IMG/VR virus record: IMGVR_UViG_3300014012_000001
Span: 30,831 to 94,830 of that record
Length of the DNA: 64,000 bases
Reading direction: 5' to 3' (one strand)
Source: a virus
Shown: piece by piece, positions 36,153 to 47,022 of the stretch
How the letters are laid out: each line of letters begins with the position of its first letter
Position numbering within the stretch: the stretch's first letter is position 1
Program-made: the position numbers and the translations under genes
Notes under the pieces: generated by a model
The model's database searches: none
Seen by the model: the letters and a program-made list of their open reading frames with translations, nothing else
What the model was told of the DNA's origin: nothing

Positions 36153-38432
36153 ATGTACCAACAACCCATGTACGGTTCGCTTCCTGTGCCTATCGACCGT
36201 CCGATGCAGGAGAACTTCTACCCGAGTGCTCCGAACATCCCGGTCTCCTTCAACTTCAATTCCCTGCCCCAAATGCAACAGTTCAACCCGATGGTGGCCG
36301 GGTATCTGATCAAGGTGGTTCAAGATAACGCGGGCCGCAACCCGCTGCGCTGCTTTACTGCGAACATGCTGTCGCAGAACCGTTGGGTCAACCCAGAGTT
36401 CGAAAGCGCTTTCATGGCGGTGTCGGACTTTGCGTTTGTTCTCCTTAGCTCCGGCCAAGTAGGCAACAACCCCGAAGCTGCTATCGTCCAAGCTGCCAAC
36501 CAAGTGGCTAGCTGTTTGGCTGCGATCTACACGCAGAAGTTTCCTGCACTGATGAACGGCATGCCGCCTCAACAGCAGCAAGAAATCCAAGCGTTGCTTG
36601 CGACCTATCAGCAAATCTCCCAGCGCATCGGCCAAATGCGTCAGCAGATGCAGGGTGGTTGGGGTGGTATGCAGCAGCCACCGATGCAACAAGGGTGGGG
36701 ACAGAACTCCATGCAGTTCCAGCAACCGCGTGGTCAGTGGGCAGCCGCCCAAACCCAACAACAACCGATGCAGCAGAACTGGCCACAACAGACCCAACAG
36801 TCTGGTTGGGGTCAACCGCAGCAAGGGTGGGGCAATCAAATGCAGCAGCCCAGCTGGGCGGGCCAACAGAATCAGCACAACAACACCGCTGATGCTGTGG
36901 TTAGTCGGAGCAACGAGCGCAACTCGTACACGCCGGCAATCCAGAGTTCTCAAGAAGAACAGCGAGTCGAAGTGACCAAACTACAGGGAGTAGATGCGAT
37001 CATGGAAGAATGGGGTTCTGAAACTTCGCAGCGTTATGGGTCGGGTGCTGTCCCGCAAACTCAACAAGGGTCCTACAACCCGCCGGCTCAAACCCAAGCA
37101 CCTGTTCAGGAACAGCCTACCGGCAAACCGAAGCAGATGACGGTGATCGAGTCGCTGGAAAATCCGGGTGAGTTCCATCCTCTGGATCTGTCGGGTCTCC
37201 AGTTCGTTAACAAGATGGGCTTCATTGCATCGGACCCCAATCGTCTGTGGGATCAACTGGTACTGGAATCGGGTGAAGAAGTACGTCCCGCTTACTCCAG
37301 TGGCTGGAAGGTCAGCTACGATCCGACGCAGCCTTATGGATTGTTCTGCGATCCTGAGCGCTTCATGAAGTTCCACATCCGTAAGATCAATCCTGACGGG
37401 TCGATGTTTATCCGTGAGAAACTGGTCGAAATCGAAGACGATCTGAGGTCCAGCATGCAATACATGAACCACGAAATCCGTAAGAGCCTTGATTACCGTC
37501 TGCCTGAGGACGTCAAGGTCGCTGAGGTGCCGTGGTCTGCGTTGACGCATGAACCCCTGCCGGTCGAGAAACTCAAAGAGCACGAAGAAGCTCAATCCAA
37601 ACTGGAAGAAGGTCAGGAACCCACCCCGGTGGATATTCTGCTCCTCGATCTCAAGAAGGCGTGCCATACCTTCGAAGAGGCCGAACTGAACTACCACAAG
37701 GAAATGATCTGTCACGATGTGCCAGAAGACATGCCGGTGGAGTACAGCTTCCGCAAGGTGACTCCGCTGTTCCTGTCCAAGCCACATCTGGCTAGGCTCG
37801 CTGAGCTGCGTCAGTGCGAAAGCTTGGTGGAGCTGGCTGTGGTGTTGCGTGATGCTGAGATGGACCTGCTGCTCAAAGCGAAGCTCAATGCAATGCTGAC
37901 ACAAGCGGTCAACGATGCAGTGGCTTACAACCTGGGTTATGGTAAAGGGCTGAACATCGACGACTTCATCTACGACATGCACGAACTGGCAGAAACGTTG
38001 GTAGAAGATGGGTATCACACCCTATGTCAAACCCTGAACAAGGAACGCTACGCAGCGATTGCGTTGCCTGTCTTGGAAGTACTGACGGGTGAAGAACAGT
38101 CTGCTTATCTCAATCAACTGATCGAAGGTACGCCTAAAGATCATCGTAAGCAGTACCAGTCGGTACTGTCGTTGGTTGAAACCAACGTCGTGGTACACCT
38201 GCCGGGTGTGTTCGGTCCGGAGTTCCGTGACGATGAAGCACTGCAAATCACGAAGGAAATGGATGAAGCCCTCTTGGGTGCCATTCGTGCCTCCTTTGGT
38301 CGTCACCACGGCGATCAGAAGAAGCGGGTTAAACACCACTACTTCGTGGACAGTGTGGGTAACGTACTGGAAGTCCATCGTGGCTGGCTGGTTCCAGGTT
38401 CGATGCTGGTACGTCGTGTAACTGCTCTGTAA
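36153..38432 (+). CDS. Large hypothetical protein with a Q/G/W-rich low-complexity region
   Basis: 759 aa; residues ~135-330 are Q/P/G-rich with repeated QxGWG-like units. Confidence 0.75.
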   Translation: MYQQPMYGSLPVPIDRPMQENFYPSAPNIPVSFNFNSLPQMQQFNPMVAGYLIKVVQDNAGRNPLRCFTANMLSQNRWVNPEFESAFMAVSDFAFVLLSSGQVGNNPEAAIVQAANQVASCLAAIYTQKFPALMNGMPPQQQQEIQALLATYQQISQRIGQMRQQMQGGWGGMQQPPMQQGWGQNSMQFQQPRGQWAAAQTQQQPMQQNWPQQTQQSGWGQPQQGWGNQMQQPSWAGQQNQHNNTADAVVSRSNERNSYTPAIQSSQEEQRVEVTKLQGVDAIMEEWGSETSQRYGSGAVPQTQQGSYNPPAQTQAPVQEQPTGKPKQMTVIESLENPGEFHPLDLSGLQFVNKMGFIASDPNRLWDQLVLESGEEVRPAYSSGWKVSYDPTQPYGLFCDPERFMKFHIRKINPDGSMFIREKLVEIEDDLRSSMQYMNHEIRKSLDYRLPEDVKVAEVPWSALTHEPLPVEKLKEHEEAQSKLEEGQEPTPVDILLLDLKKACHTFEEAELNYHKEMICHDVPEDMPVEYSFRKVTPLFLSKPHLARLAELRQCESLVELAVVLRDAEMDLLLKAKLNAMLTQAVNDAVAYNLGYGKGLNIDDFIYDMHELAETLVEDGYHTLCQTLNKERYAAIALPVLEVLTGEEQSAYLNQLIEGTPKDHRKQYQSVLSLVETNVVVHLPGVFGPEFRDDEALQITKEMDEALLGAIRASFGRHHGDQKKRVKHHYFVDSVGNVLEVHRGWLVPGSMLVRRVTAL

Positions 38433-38440
38433 GTATGGTA

Positions 38441-38510
38441 GGTCAGGGGGCTTCGGCTCCCTGACTTATTATGCGGCATAACAGGAGGGTTTCCCCTCCT
38501 GTTTTTTTTT
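38441..38510. terminator. Convergent terminator pair
   Basis: GTCAGGGGGC-TTCG-GCTCCCTGAC, then TTATTATGCGGCATAAC, then the CAGGAGGG/CCCTCCTG hairpin and a T-run. Confidence 0.8.
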
Positions 38511-38520
38511 TTGCCTTGGA

Positions 38521-41352
38521 TCACTCAGGTTGAATGATTACCCCATCCCCTGCAACACCGCCCGTTGATTCGAGATCCGCATCAGATTCTTCTTCTGCTT
38601 CCTCTTCTTCAGGTTCGGCTTCAGCTTCAGGTTCAGCATCCAACTCTTCGTCTTCACCGCCCATGTCATCATCCATGTCACCGAAGTCGTCATCGTCTCC
38701 GAAATCATCGTCCGAGCTTTCGCTGTCGTCATCAGACGAACTGTCGCTACCGTACTCGTCACCCGATCCCAACTTGATGCCTTTGTCGGCTTCAATGGCG
38801 CGGCTCAGTTCATCACGCTTAGTCTGAGCTTCTGCCACCTTGACCATGTACCCTTGGATAGAGGCACCGATCGCAGTGATGTGATCGTTGTGCACTTCCA
38901 GAAGGTCCAACATCGGATGTTTTTCATCTTTGAAGGTTACCAAGTCAAGCAACTCAGGCATGACGTTGTTCTCGTTCAGCCACTTACGTTTGAAGTACGC
39001 AAGAATGGCAGATTTGATAACATCGACTTGGTCGGCCTGTTCACCCAACGCAGTGCCGTCCAAGAACTCACTGTTGATGTAGGCATCTACCACCTTCTCC
39101 AGCGCTTCTACATACTTGTCGTATGCTTCCAGCTGACGCTCGATGGTGATGTTGTCAGGCCGCGGTAGGGACACAGACAGAGCCATCACAAACTCACGGT
39201 ACCACTCAAGGTGCTGTTCGTTCTGCTCTTTACCATCCGTTTGAAGTTCAGGCCCTTGGTTAGAAGCTTGGGCTTTCTCTTCAGCAGGACTTTGTCCCTC
39301 TTTCTCTTTGGCTTCTTGTTCAGCCGCCGATTGTTGAGCAGACGCAATACACTTGAGCAGTGCATCTCGCAAGGCACCCGACTGACTGATGTACTTACGG
39401 AAGAAATCCGACAGCATCTCAGTAAACATGTCTTGATACAACACAACACGTTTGGTCAACAGCAGGTTAGAGGACACGATGGACGTCGCGAACTCCACGT
39501 TGTAGCTATTGTCCACAGTTTCAGGTGACAGACCCAACGACATCAGGTAGCGCTTTTTCAACGACTCTTCCAGCTCGTTGTTAGGCTCTACGATGCTCCG
39601 ACCCCGGTCTTCAACCTCCATCCGAGTTTCCGGATACGCAGGGTTACCACTGACGTGAATATCGACCCCGGCGTTTTGAAGGAAGTTGATGATGTCAACT
39701 GGACTGGAAGCACCCAAGGGGTAACTCGCCCGGCGCGTATTGACGTAGTTGTGAACCAATTTCTCTACCGTGGTAGAGGGATCAGGATCATCAGGGTCCA
39801 GCGTGATATTAAGGCCCGTGTGCGCCACCGAATTGTCGATGGCCGACATGGTGTTGGCGAGCATCATACTCACACGCAAAGAAGCCAGGATCTTGTTGTT
39901 TTCCAACAAGGATTGACCCACACCGTACTGGTTGTAATCGAAAGCAATGTAGCTGACGAGTTCCACCGGTACATACAGCAACTGCGTAGTCATGTTGGCA
40001 AAGGTGCGCGCCAGCATGATCCGGTACACTTCCAGGGGTCGTGCAATCTCTACGGTGTCGTTGTACAACCCGTTCTTCAGGCGAGAGATCAGGTCATTCT
40101 CAACGACCGTTGCGTACATTCGTGTGGCTTCATCGACGGCGGTGTCGACGGTGCCGTCACGCCAACCCTCTACAGCCCGCGTGGCTTGTCCAATCAACTG
40201 ACTGGCCAGTTCCCGGTTAGCTTGAAGGTTGTGACCCAAGTCGTTGTAGTAGTCGGCTTTGTTGGCTTTGTTCAGCGGGTTACCTGTGGCATCGAGCAAA
40301 ACAAAGTAGCCTACGTGTTCTTCAGGAGAGCCCGGCACGTGGACCGGAATGATGCTCTCAGAAGGCAAACGCATCACCAACGGGTGACCGATCGTAGGAC
40401 GACCTACCTGCGCTGCAGTTTTCAACCCTACGACTTCACGGGATTGATACTGACGTGGCTTGTAGAAACTAGCCTCGATGTCAGAACGGCTGAGTTCAGC
40501 ACGAGATTCCATCGAAAGGCCCAACCGGTTACTCACCGCTTGACTACGGACACGACTGTACAAGAAGGGTGCCTTAAGCACATCGGGGTTGTCACTCACC
40601 AACACCTTGAGATCTACCCGGTTTTTATCTTTGCCTTTGGCATTGACAGAGGGGTTGTACGTACCCACCCGAGTAGACAGAATGTCGCGAGCCGATTCCA
40701 TCGATACGTTGGTTTTGCGGCGAGGGATGGCTTGACCCACGCTATCCAAAGCGTTACCCAGAATACCGACCGACAGTTTGAAAGGGTCGTTGTTAGACAG
40801 GTCTTCCAAACCCACTTGACCTGAAGAGTTAATGATCTCATCGATCGAACTCTCTGGCAGAATCAACATGGGGTAGCTACCGCGCTTAAACAACGCGTCC
40901 GACAAAATCTTCGGTAAAAGAGAAGGTATTTTATAGGTCTTGGTAAAGAACTCTTCCACGATGCCAAGCATCGGACCTGAGATCTCCAAGGGAATTTTTG
41001 GACTGTTGACGTTGAAGTTCAACTCCACATTGACCATGTCTTTTGGTGCCAGAATAGAGCTGACGAGAATTTGCTCGGCCAGTTCAGTGTCAGGCAACAG
41101 TTGATACAGGTTGCTGGAGTCGGTAACGTTGGCTGCGGTCTCGTCAGAAGTACGGCGCAGGTACCCACCAACGTTCAACTGGTCTTTAGCCCGAGTATCA
41201 CGGTCATAGAGGCCTTGATTTTCCCGAACCAGTTTGTTCACCACGGCTGCCGATGTGGGGTTGCGACGGAACGCCTTAACGCGTTCGTGGCGCTTTTCCT
41301 GGGTTGACAACCCCAGTTGCGCCAACTCGTTCGAATCGGGACTTCGACTCAT
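38521..41352 (-). CDS. Putative portal protein (phiKZ gp129-like)
   Basis: ~943 aa with LLPDTELAEQILVSSILAPKD, GHPLVMRLPSESIIPVHVPG and S-M-E protease sites; very acidic C-terminal tail; syntenic position. Confidence 0.65.
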   Translation of the reverse strand: MSRSPDSNELAQLGLSTQEKRHERVKAFRRNPTSAAVVNKLVRENQGLYDRDTRAKDQLNVGGYLRRTSDETAANVTDSSNLYQLLPDTELAEQILVSSILAPKDMVNVELNFNVNSPKIPLEISGPMLGIVEEFFTKTYKIPSLLPKILSDALFKRGSYPMLILPESSIDEIINSSGQVGLEDLSNNDPFKLSVGILGNALDSVGQAIPRRKTNVSMESARDILSTRVGTYNPSVNAKGKDKNRVDLKVLVSDNPDVLKAPFLYSRVRSQAVSNRLGLSMESRAELSRSDIEASFYKPRQYQSREVVGLKTAAQVGRPTIGHPLVMRLPSESIIPVHVPGSPEEHVGYFVLLDATGNPLNKANKADYYNDLGHNLQANRELASQLIGQATRAVEGWRDGTVDTAVDEATRMYATVVENDLISRLKNGLYNDTVEIARPLEVYRIMLARTFANMTTQLLYVPVELVSYIAFDYNQYGVGQSLLENNKILASLRVSMMLANTMSAIDNSVAHTGLNITLDPDDPDPSTTVEKLVHNYVNTRRASYPLGASSPVDIINFLQNAGVDIHVSGNPAYPETRMEVEDRGRSIVEPNNELEESLKKRYLMSLGLSPETVDNSYNVEFATSIVSSNLLLTKRVVLYQDMFTEMLSDFFRKYISQSGALRDALLKCIASAQQSAAEQEAKEKEGQSPAEEKAQASNQGPELQTDGKEQNEQHLEWYREFVMALSVSLPRPDNITIERQLEAYDKYVEALEKVVDAYINSEFLDGTALGEQADQVDVIKSAILAYFKRKWLNENNVMPELLDLVTFKDEKHPMLDLLEVHNDHITAIGASIQGYMVKVAEAQTKRDELSRAIEADKGIKLGSGDEYGSDSSSDDDSESSDDDFGDDDDFGDMDDDMGGEDEELDAEPEAEAEPEEEEAEEESDADLESTGGVAGDGVIIQPE

Positions 41353-41396
41353 TTTCACACTCCTATCTTTTCAAATCCACTAAAGGGGGCTTGGAC

Positions 41397-43568
41397 GTGT
41401 CCAATGCACGCTATAAGCTGTATGTCGACGATGTGCTCTTGCTCGCCCGCTCGATCGTCCTCAAAAGCGAAAGTACGGCGAATTCTATCAACCAGTTTTT
41501 TCGCGATTCAGGCGCAGCGGAAGTCTTCGAAGAGCAACCAGAAACGTGGAAGTATTACCTGAATTTGGCGGGTGAGTACCATAGTACCGACACCCGGATG
41601 TTTGTCACCTCATTGGATACTCGTGAAATGATCGAGTTCTCCAAGGCCAATCTGGTCGAGCATCGTGCCACTAAGCGTGGTTACTTGCCCGGTACACGTT
41701 TCTATAAAGAACTGGTGCGTAAATACCCGAATCAGATCGATCTGATTCAAGGGATCTTGGAACCCATCGATATCCAACAAGCCATTGCGGCACGGGATGG
41801 GGAGATCCTCAGCTATGACACCAACCTAGTTGAGAGCAACGAAACCAATCTGATTCCGGAGCTGCAAAAGAAAATCGATGGATGGAAAGTCCGTTGGGAT
41901 GTAGCCGACTATGCGAAGGTGGATGATCTGTATCCAGCCGCTAACTTGGCCATCCTTTATATGAACATTCCCCTGTTCATCTTGAACATTCGGTTAGCCA
42001 ATTGCCGAACCGAAAAGGTGCACAGTTTCCATATCAGACAATACCTAGCATCCAACGGCAAATTGGACAGCTACATTGACAACCTCAATAAAAAGCAGAT
42101 GTTGTTTTTGTATCGGAACATCCAGTACATTAACCGCAATGCTGGTAAACAAGAAACCTTTGACTGGTTGGTTGAGAACCTGCTGACAGAGCGGCTATTA
42201 CCGCTGGCTAAGTATCGCCTGCAACACAATATTTCGGGGATGCCTAATAAATTACTGCCGACAATCAACGCCAAACGCTTTGATCTGACGAAGTATGTCA
42301 GCGGCACTGCACGCGACATTTATTCGGCGAATGAGTTGATCCAGAAAGAAGTGTCAGTCACTCGCAACAACGCTCAATACCAAGCTGAAGCGCTCCAAGA
42401 GCTTACTCACAAATACGGACGACACACTCACAGCGAACTCCCAACCAAAGTGTTGGAGTCCTCGGTGGTGGATCGGTCTGAAGCCTTTAGCGTTAAGTTA
42501 GGGGATATCCTGCTGAACCACTGGATCAGTTGGGCGTGTGAAGGCAACTATTTGGCCATGACCAACTTCGACAACCCAGCCAATGGTGAGTCTTTGTGGT
42601 TTACGGCTAAGGATGCGTTTATCCTTTTCTTGTACGCCTACAACGCCTCGCATGGTGTTCGGTTGGAACAAGTCCCGGATGTGGTGGCTACCTTTGTTCG
42701 CAAACCTGTGATTCCTTCGGTAGCTGAGATGCGGGCACTGGCGCAACCCTCTCGTGTCCCCACGGAATGGATTCATTACCTGCGTGAAGACCAACCGGTA
42801 ATTGGTGATGTGATCTCCACCGCTGCTTTCTACGAGAAGTGCCAAGAGATTCATAAGGCGTGGAAGCTACACAGCGATTTCATTGCCTTCCGTGAACACA
42901 TGGTAACTCGTGGACAAGTTGAAAATGTGGCTTATCACCTGTATCAAGACGTACACTACGACTTGGCCGGTGGTATGGACTACACCGATTGGTTGAAAGC
43001 TAAGAACTTGGAATTGGACAACTTGTCCCATGAAGAGTTTGATCTACTGGCTAACAACCTGATGGCAACTGCAACGGGGTCGGACCTTAAGGTGTCTGTG
43101 GGGTTGAGTGACCTACAGGAGAGCATGGTGCGTTTGCTGCGTCAGCTTAGCAGCTATTCAATCCAAGTGGTCACGGAACTCCAAGGTAAAAACATCACTG
43201 TGGTCGGTTGTCCGGCTATTCGGGTGGGGGATTATCAAGGGCGCGGTGAAGGGGTGACTCGCATTCACCAAAGTAACGTGTACGTTCAGGATCTGTTCGG
43301 TAAAGGTTATGACACCGAGTATGTGGATCTATCGGACGCCACGTTCGAATCAGACACCTCGGCGACCCAGTTTCACACCGATCGACTTGATCCAACACTG
43401 GACATGTCATCTGGAACTGGCTACACCAGCCGTGTGCGCATGACGATTCCGTCTGTCTACGCCACGCTCAGTGTTCGTCCGTTGGAGGAGTTGGAAGACG
43501 TCTTCCCGGTCCGTACCAGCGATGAATACCGTTATCCGGACACGCCACCAGAAGATCTCGATATTTAA
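41397..43568 (+). CDS. Virion structural protein (phiKZ gp128-like)
   Basis: TWKYYLNLAGEYH, FLYRNIQYINRNAGKQETF and PTKVLES conserved-looking blocks; head-to-head with the putative portal. Confidence 0.65.
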   Translation: MSNARYKLYVDDVLLLARSIVLKSESTANSINQFFRDSGAAEVFEEQPETWKYYLNLAGEYHSTDTRMFVTSLDTREMIEFSKANLVEHRATKRGYLPGTRFYKELVRKYPNQIDLIQGILEPIDIQQAIAARDGEILSYDTNLVESNETNLIPELQKKIDGWKVRWDVADYAKVDDLYPAANLAILYMNIPLFILNIRLANCRTEKVHSFHIRQYLASNGKLDSYIDNLNKKQMLFLYRNIQYINRNAGKQETFDWLVENLLTERLLPLAKYRLQHNISGMPNKLLPTINAKRFDLTKYVSGTARDIYSANELIQKEVSVTRNNAQYQAEALQELTHKYGRHTHSELPTKVLESSVVDRSEAFSVKLGDILLNHWISWACEGNYLAMTNFDNPANGESLWFTAKDAFILFLYAYNASHGVRLEQVPDVVATFVRKPVIPSVAEMRALAQPSRVPTEWIHYLREDQPVIGDVISTAAFYEKCQEIHKAWKLHSDFIAFREHMVTRGQVENVAYHLYQDVHYDLAGGMDYTDWLKAKNLELDNLSHEEFDLLANNLMATATGSDLKVSVGLSDLQESMVRLLRQLSSYSIQVVTELQGKNITVVGCPAIRVGDYQGRGEGVTRIHQSNVYVQDLFGKGYDTEYVDLSDATFESDTSATQFHTDRLDPTLDMSSGTGYTSRVRMTIPSVYATLSVRPLEELEDVFPVRTSDEYRYPDTPPEDLDI

Positions 43569-43612
43569 CCTCAGGGCCTCTTCGGAGGCCTTTTTTTTTT
43601 CAGGGTGGGTTT

Positions 43613-44842
43613 ATGATTGATGCCCTCGATTTTAAAGAGTTGTTGAGTCTGACTCCGCAACAAGCGTTGGTCCGAATCATCACTCACAGTAATCAGGTCT
43701 CTATTGCGCCTGATCACATGGAGTTTGGTATACCCCAAGCCTTGGTGGGTCGTGAGACCATGATTAAGGTGACGGGTCGCAAACCCAACGACAGCTTTAT
43801 GGGTCAGGTCTACCGGGGCTCGGTTGACTTCTTTTATAAGCGCATTGATTTTGGTGAGTTGTTTGCCAATACCCAACTGTCCATTCAGATGGACTTGCCT
43901 TGTAAGACCTCGGACGTCATTCGGGTGTTGAGTCACCATTACGGCTACGTCTTTGACAGCAGTGATTATGTTAACGAACTGATCACTGCAGAGAACGCCT
44001 ACAGGTATGTGCTTAAGGCAGCCCCCTATTCACTTCGGTGGTGGGGTCAGGTGACGCTGACACTGCTTAAAAAAGAAGCGTTGGATCAAGTGACAGTGGT
44101 CAGTGATTTCGGCAGACTGATAGATCCCAGTAAGACGCGTGACTTCGTTCAGCACCGTAAGCATTTTACTGACGGTCGCTTTTACGGAGATCACCTCAAG
44201 CGTATCCCGTTGGGTGGTGTTGCAGCCGATTCTATTCTTCATCAAGCCTTGGGGCGTGTCTATTTTGAAGTGGGTGAGACCAACTACAGTTGGGCCCATT
44301 CTTCTGTCCCGGCCGAAGCTAACCTTAAAGGTGCGAAAGTGACCTTCAATGGTCGGGCTATCGATCTGGGAATCACTCCCTACGTTTTCACAGTCAGTCG
44401 GGTACTGCAGGTTGAATTGGACGAGACCCTCAACACCAAAGTAAGGGGTCCTCTTACTCTTAACTACAATACCCAAGTCACTGAGTTGGTACCTGAATTC
44501 CCCGAACAGGGGTATCGGTATCCTGCGGAGTTGTGGGCGGGGCTGTTGGACGGTACGCCGGAACTGGAAGGTTTCCAAGCGCTCTATGAAGGTACGGTCT
44601 TAACATCCTTGCCAGATTTGACGTTTATGGATCGAATACTGGGTCTACCTGAGGGTACGACACAATGTAGTCCTACGCCCTCTCAGGTGAACCTGTTCAA
44701 TGCTGAGGTAGAGTATTTGGGGCGCAACGTTGGTTACCCAGCCAGCCCCGATCCCCACCTTACGCTGATCTGGGTGGTGCGTTTAGACCCACAGTACTGT
44801 ACGTACTTCGGCGGTCGTTTTCTGATTTACTACACGAGATAA
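43613..44842 (+). CDS. Putative virion structural (baseplate/tail) protein
   Basis: 409 aa; YRGSVDFFYKRIDF N-terminal module; repeated NLxxAxVxYxG units. Confidence 0.55.
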   Translation: MIDALDFKELLSLTPQQALVRIITHSNQVSIAPDHMEFGIPQALVGRETMIKVTGRKPNDSFMGQVYRGSVDFFYKRIDFGELFANTQLSIQMDLPCKTSDVIRVLSHHYGYVFDSSDYVNELITAENAYRYVLKAAPYSLRWWGQVTLTLLKKEALDQVTVVSDFGRLIDPSKTRDFVQHRKHFTDGRFYGDHLKRIPLGGVAADSILHQALGRVYFEVGETNYSWAHSSVPAEANLKGAKVTFNGRAIDLGITPYVFTVSRVLQVELDETLNTKVRGPLTLNYNTQVTELVPEFPEQGYRYPAELWAGLLDGTPELEGFQALYEGTVLTSLPDLTFMDRILGLPEGTTQCSPTPSQVNLFNAEVEYLGRNVGYPASPDPHLTLIWVVRLDPQYCTYFGGRFLIYYTR

Positions 44843-44846
44843 CCAC

Positions 44847-45434
44847 ATGAGCCTTTTATCCATCAGTCAAGTATTGCGTTTAGATTCCAAGACGCTGCTG
44901 GAGAATCTGTACAGCATGGTGAATGACCATGACTTGGACACTGACCACACTACCTTGAGCTATCAAGCGGATGGGGACTATGTGGTGGTGAACATTCGGG
45001 CACGGGCACTGACTGACCAAATGCAACCCGGTCGGTATATGAATGAAGCTTCGGTTCGCTATCGGCGAGAGAGTCTCCAGACCCTCTTCAATGGTCGCCC
45101 GGTTTTCTTCTTCCCTTCGGAGTGGCCTGTTACTTGGGGTTCGATCAAAGCGCACCTCTTGGGAGCCTATGGGGTGTTGATTGAGAACGTCGATGTGCTC
45201 GTTCCAGGTAGTGAAACACAGACATTGACTGACGCGCATCAATTCCAAGAGTCGACTTACGCACCGTTTGACCGCACCATCGAATTGGCTATTGCTGAGC
45301 ACTCGCCCCGTTTCATTCCTAAGGTACGTGGGGGTGATTCGCTGTACATCCGCATTGTCAGTACTACGGGCTCGGATCTGGCCTTGATAGGACCCACGAA
45401 ACAGTTACCTCCAGTAACCAGTCTCGACGCTTAG
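44847..45434 (+). CDS. Putative virion structural protein
   Basis: 195 aa; N-terminal module loosely related to the upstream gene. Confidence 0.5.
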   Translation: MSLLSISQVLRLDSKTLLENLYSMVNDHDLDTDHTTLSYQADGDYVVVNIRARALTDQMQPGRYMNEASVRYRRESLQTLFNGRPVFFFPSEWPVTWGSIKAHLLGAYGVLIENVDVLVPGSETQTLTDAHQFQESTYAPFDRTIELAIAEHSPRFIPKVRGGDSLYIRIVSTTGSDLALIGPTKQLPPVTSLDA

Positions 45435-45552
45435 TCTCCAGATCTGAAATTGTCATTGAAATAGTGTATGGGCGGGGCTTCGGTCCCGTCTATGCCAAAT
45501 TACATTTTATGCCCTATTATGTGAGTCTCACCTGATAAGGTTTTATCCCCAC

Positions 45553-46425
45553 ATGAAAACGATTACGCGTACTATCATGGGTTCGGCCCTGCAAAGCGCA
45601 CTGCTGCTGGGTATTCGCCCGCAAATCCTACCTTTCACCACACTCAACGAAAAGTTCGGTGTGTTGGCTGATGCGGAACTGAACGAGGGTGAGGTCCCCC
45701 ATTTGGGTTATTTCGCCATTGGTAACGGTGGTCATCGTAACCGCGTTGGCGGCGACGGTACTCCCTACAGCACTCCCCATCATCGCGTGTCTTCTCACGC
45801 GGCCCTGTACCGCCACTTGCCGTTTGTGCTGCGTCCGGTCGACAACGACCTGAGCGTCTCCGAGCGTGCCCAGTACGGTATGCGTGTACTGGAAACCCAC
45901 AACAACCTGCGTTATTGGGCGTATTACCTCAAACGCATCAACCTCGCCGACGTACTCCCTGTGATTGAACACACGGTGGTGAACGGCGACAATGAAATTT
46001 CCTCGCCGTACGAATTCACGATGGCGAACCTCAACCCCACGCCACCGGAAGTGCCGAATGATGGTGTGATCACCACCTCGGGTAACTACCTCTCGGTGTC
46101 TTCGATCCTGAAGCTGCTGTTCACTGCCAAAGACGTGCTCGAGTTGATCGAAGCCTGTCGTATCAAGTACGACAATGAAGCCTACGCCGTGATCTCTGAG
46201 ATCGGTCTGGTTTCGGGGGTTGATCGACTGGCCACTGTTCAAGGCAGCGGTAACCAATCGTTCAACATGATGGAAGTGGCTTGCGCACAGATCTGTAGCT
46301 TCATCACTACCGATCACCGTGTGGCATTCACTAACAGCGGGTTCGAACAGAACATTGAACTCGGTGCGACTGAACCACTGCTGTCCGCGACTGATGTCGT
46401 AACGGCTGGGGTGCTGCCGAACTAA
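45553..46425 (+). CDS. Virion structural protein (phiKZ gp139-like)
   Basis: TTLNEKF, YFAIGNGGH, LPFVLRPVDNDL, AYYLKRI, AVISEIGLVSG; directly upstream of RuvC. Confidence 0.65.
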   Translation: MKTITRTIMGSALQSALLLGIRPQILPFTTLNEKFGVLADAELNEGEVPHLGYFAIGNGGHRNRVGGDGTPYSTPHHRVSSHAALYRHLPFVLRPVDNDLSVSERAQYGMRVLETHNNLRYWAYYLKRINLADVLPVIEHTVVNGDNEISSPYEFTMANLNPTPPEVPNDGVITTSGNYLSVSSILKLLFTAKDVLELIEACRIKYDNEAYAVISEIGLVSGVDRLATVQGSGNQSFNMMEVACAQICSFITTDHRVAFTNSGFEQNIELGATEPLLSATDVVTAGVLPN

Positions 46426-46434
46426 GGGGTAGTT

Positions 46435-47022
46435 ATGCTTACCGTCCCACAAGGGGTGGGTAAGTACCGAATCTGTGCCATTGACCCTGGGACTGACACC
46501 ATGGGGTTGGCGGTACTGGATGTGGACCTGAGAACGTGTGGGTTGGACTTGGTGTCTGCTTACACGTCCTCGGGGTTGCGCATGAGTCGAAAAGCGCCTG
46601 ACAGTTTCACTATTCATGGTGACCGTTGGGCCAAGCTTTTTATGCATGAGCAAAACATCCTCCACTGGCTTCGGACTTATCAACCGCATGCGTTGATCTG
46701 CGAGTCACCATTTCTGGGACGCTTCCCACAAGCCTTTGAATCCCTCGTGGAGTGTAAGGCAACGATTCGCAGAGCCCTAACTCAGTACGATGCCTTTATG
46801 CCGTTGGAAACCATTGATCCCCCCAGTGCTAAATCGGCTGTGGGTGCCCTGGTTAAAAAAGGTAGTAAAGACAACGTCAAAGAAAGCATCCTCAAACTTA
46901 CGCACCTGAACAACCTCACAGGTACACCGATGGAAAGTTTTGACGAACACACCATCGACGCCATTGCGGTTGGGTACTACAAGTATACCTTGGTACGCAA
47001 GTGGTTGCTAGGAGAAGTTTAA
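46435..47022 (+). CDS. ruvC: RuvC-like Holliday junction resolvase
   Basis: AIDPGTDTMG, ICESPF, PPSAKSAVGA..KGSKDNV, DEHTIDAIAVG acidic active-site motifs. Confidence 0.85.
   Translation: MLTVPQGVGKYRICAIDPGTDTMGLAVLDVDLRTCGLDLVSAYTSSGLRMSRKAPDSFTIHGDRWAKLFMHEQNILHWLRTYQPHALICESPFLGRFPQAFESLVECKATIRRALTQYDAFMPLETIDPPSAKSAVGALVKKGSKDNVKESILKLTHLNNLTGTPMESFDEHTIDAIAVGYYKYTLVRKWLLGEV

Noticed and set aside
38530..38770. Low-complexity TCA/TCT-rich tract as a separate repeat element
   Set aside because: It encodes the acidic D/E-rich C-terminal tail of the putative portal protein.
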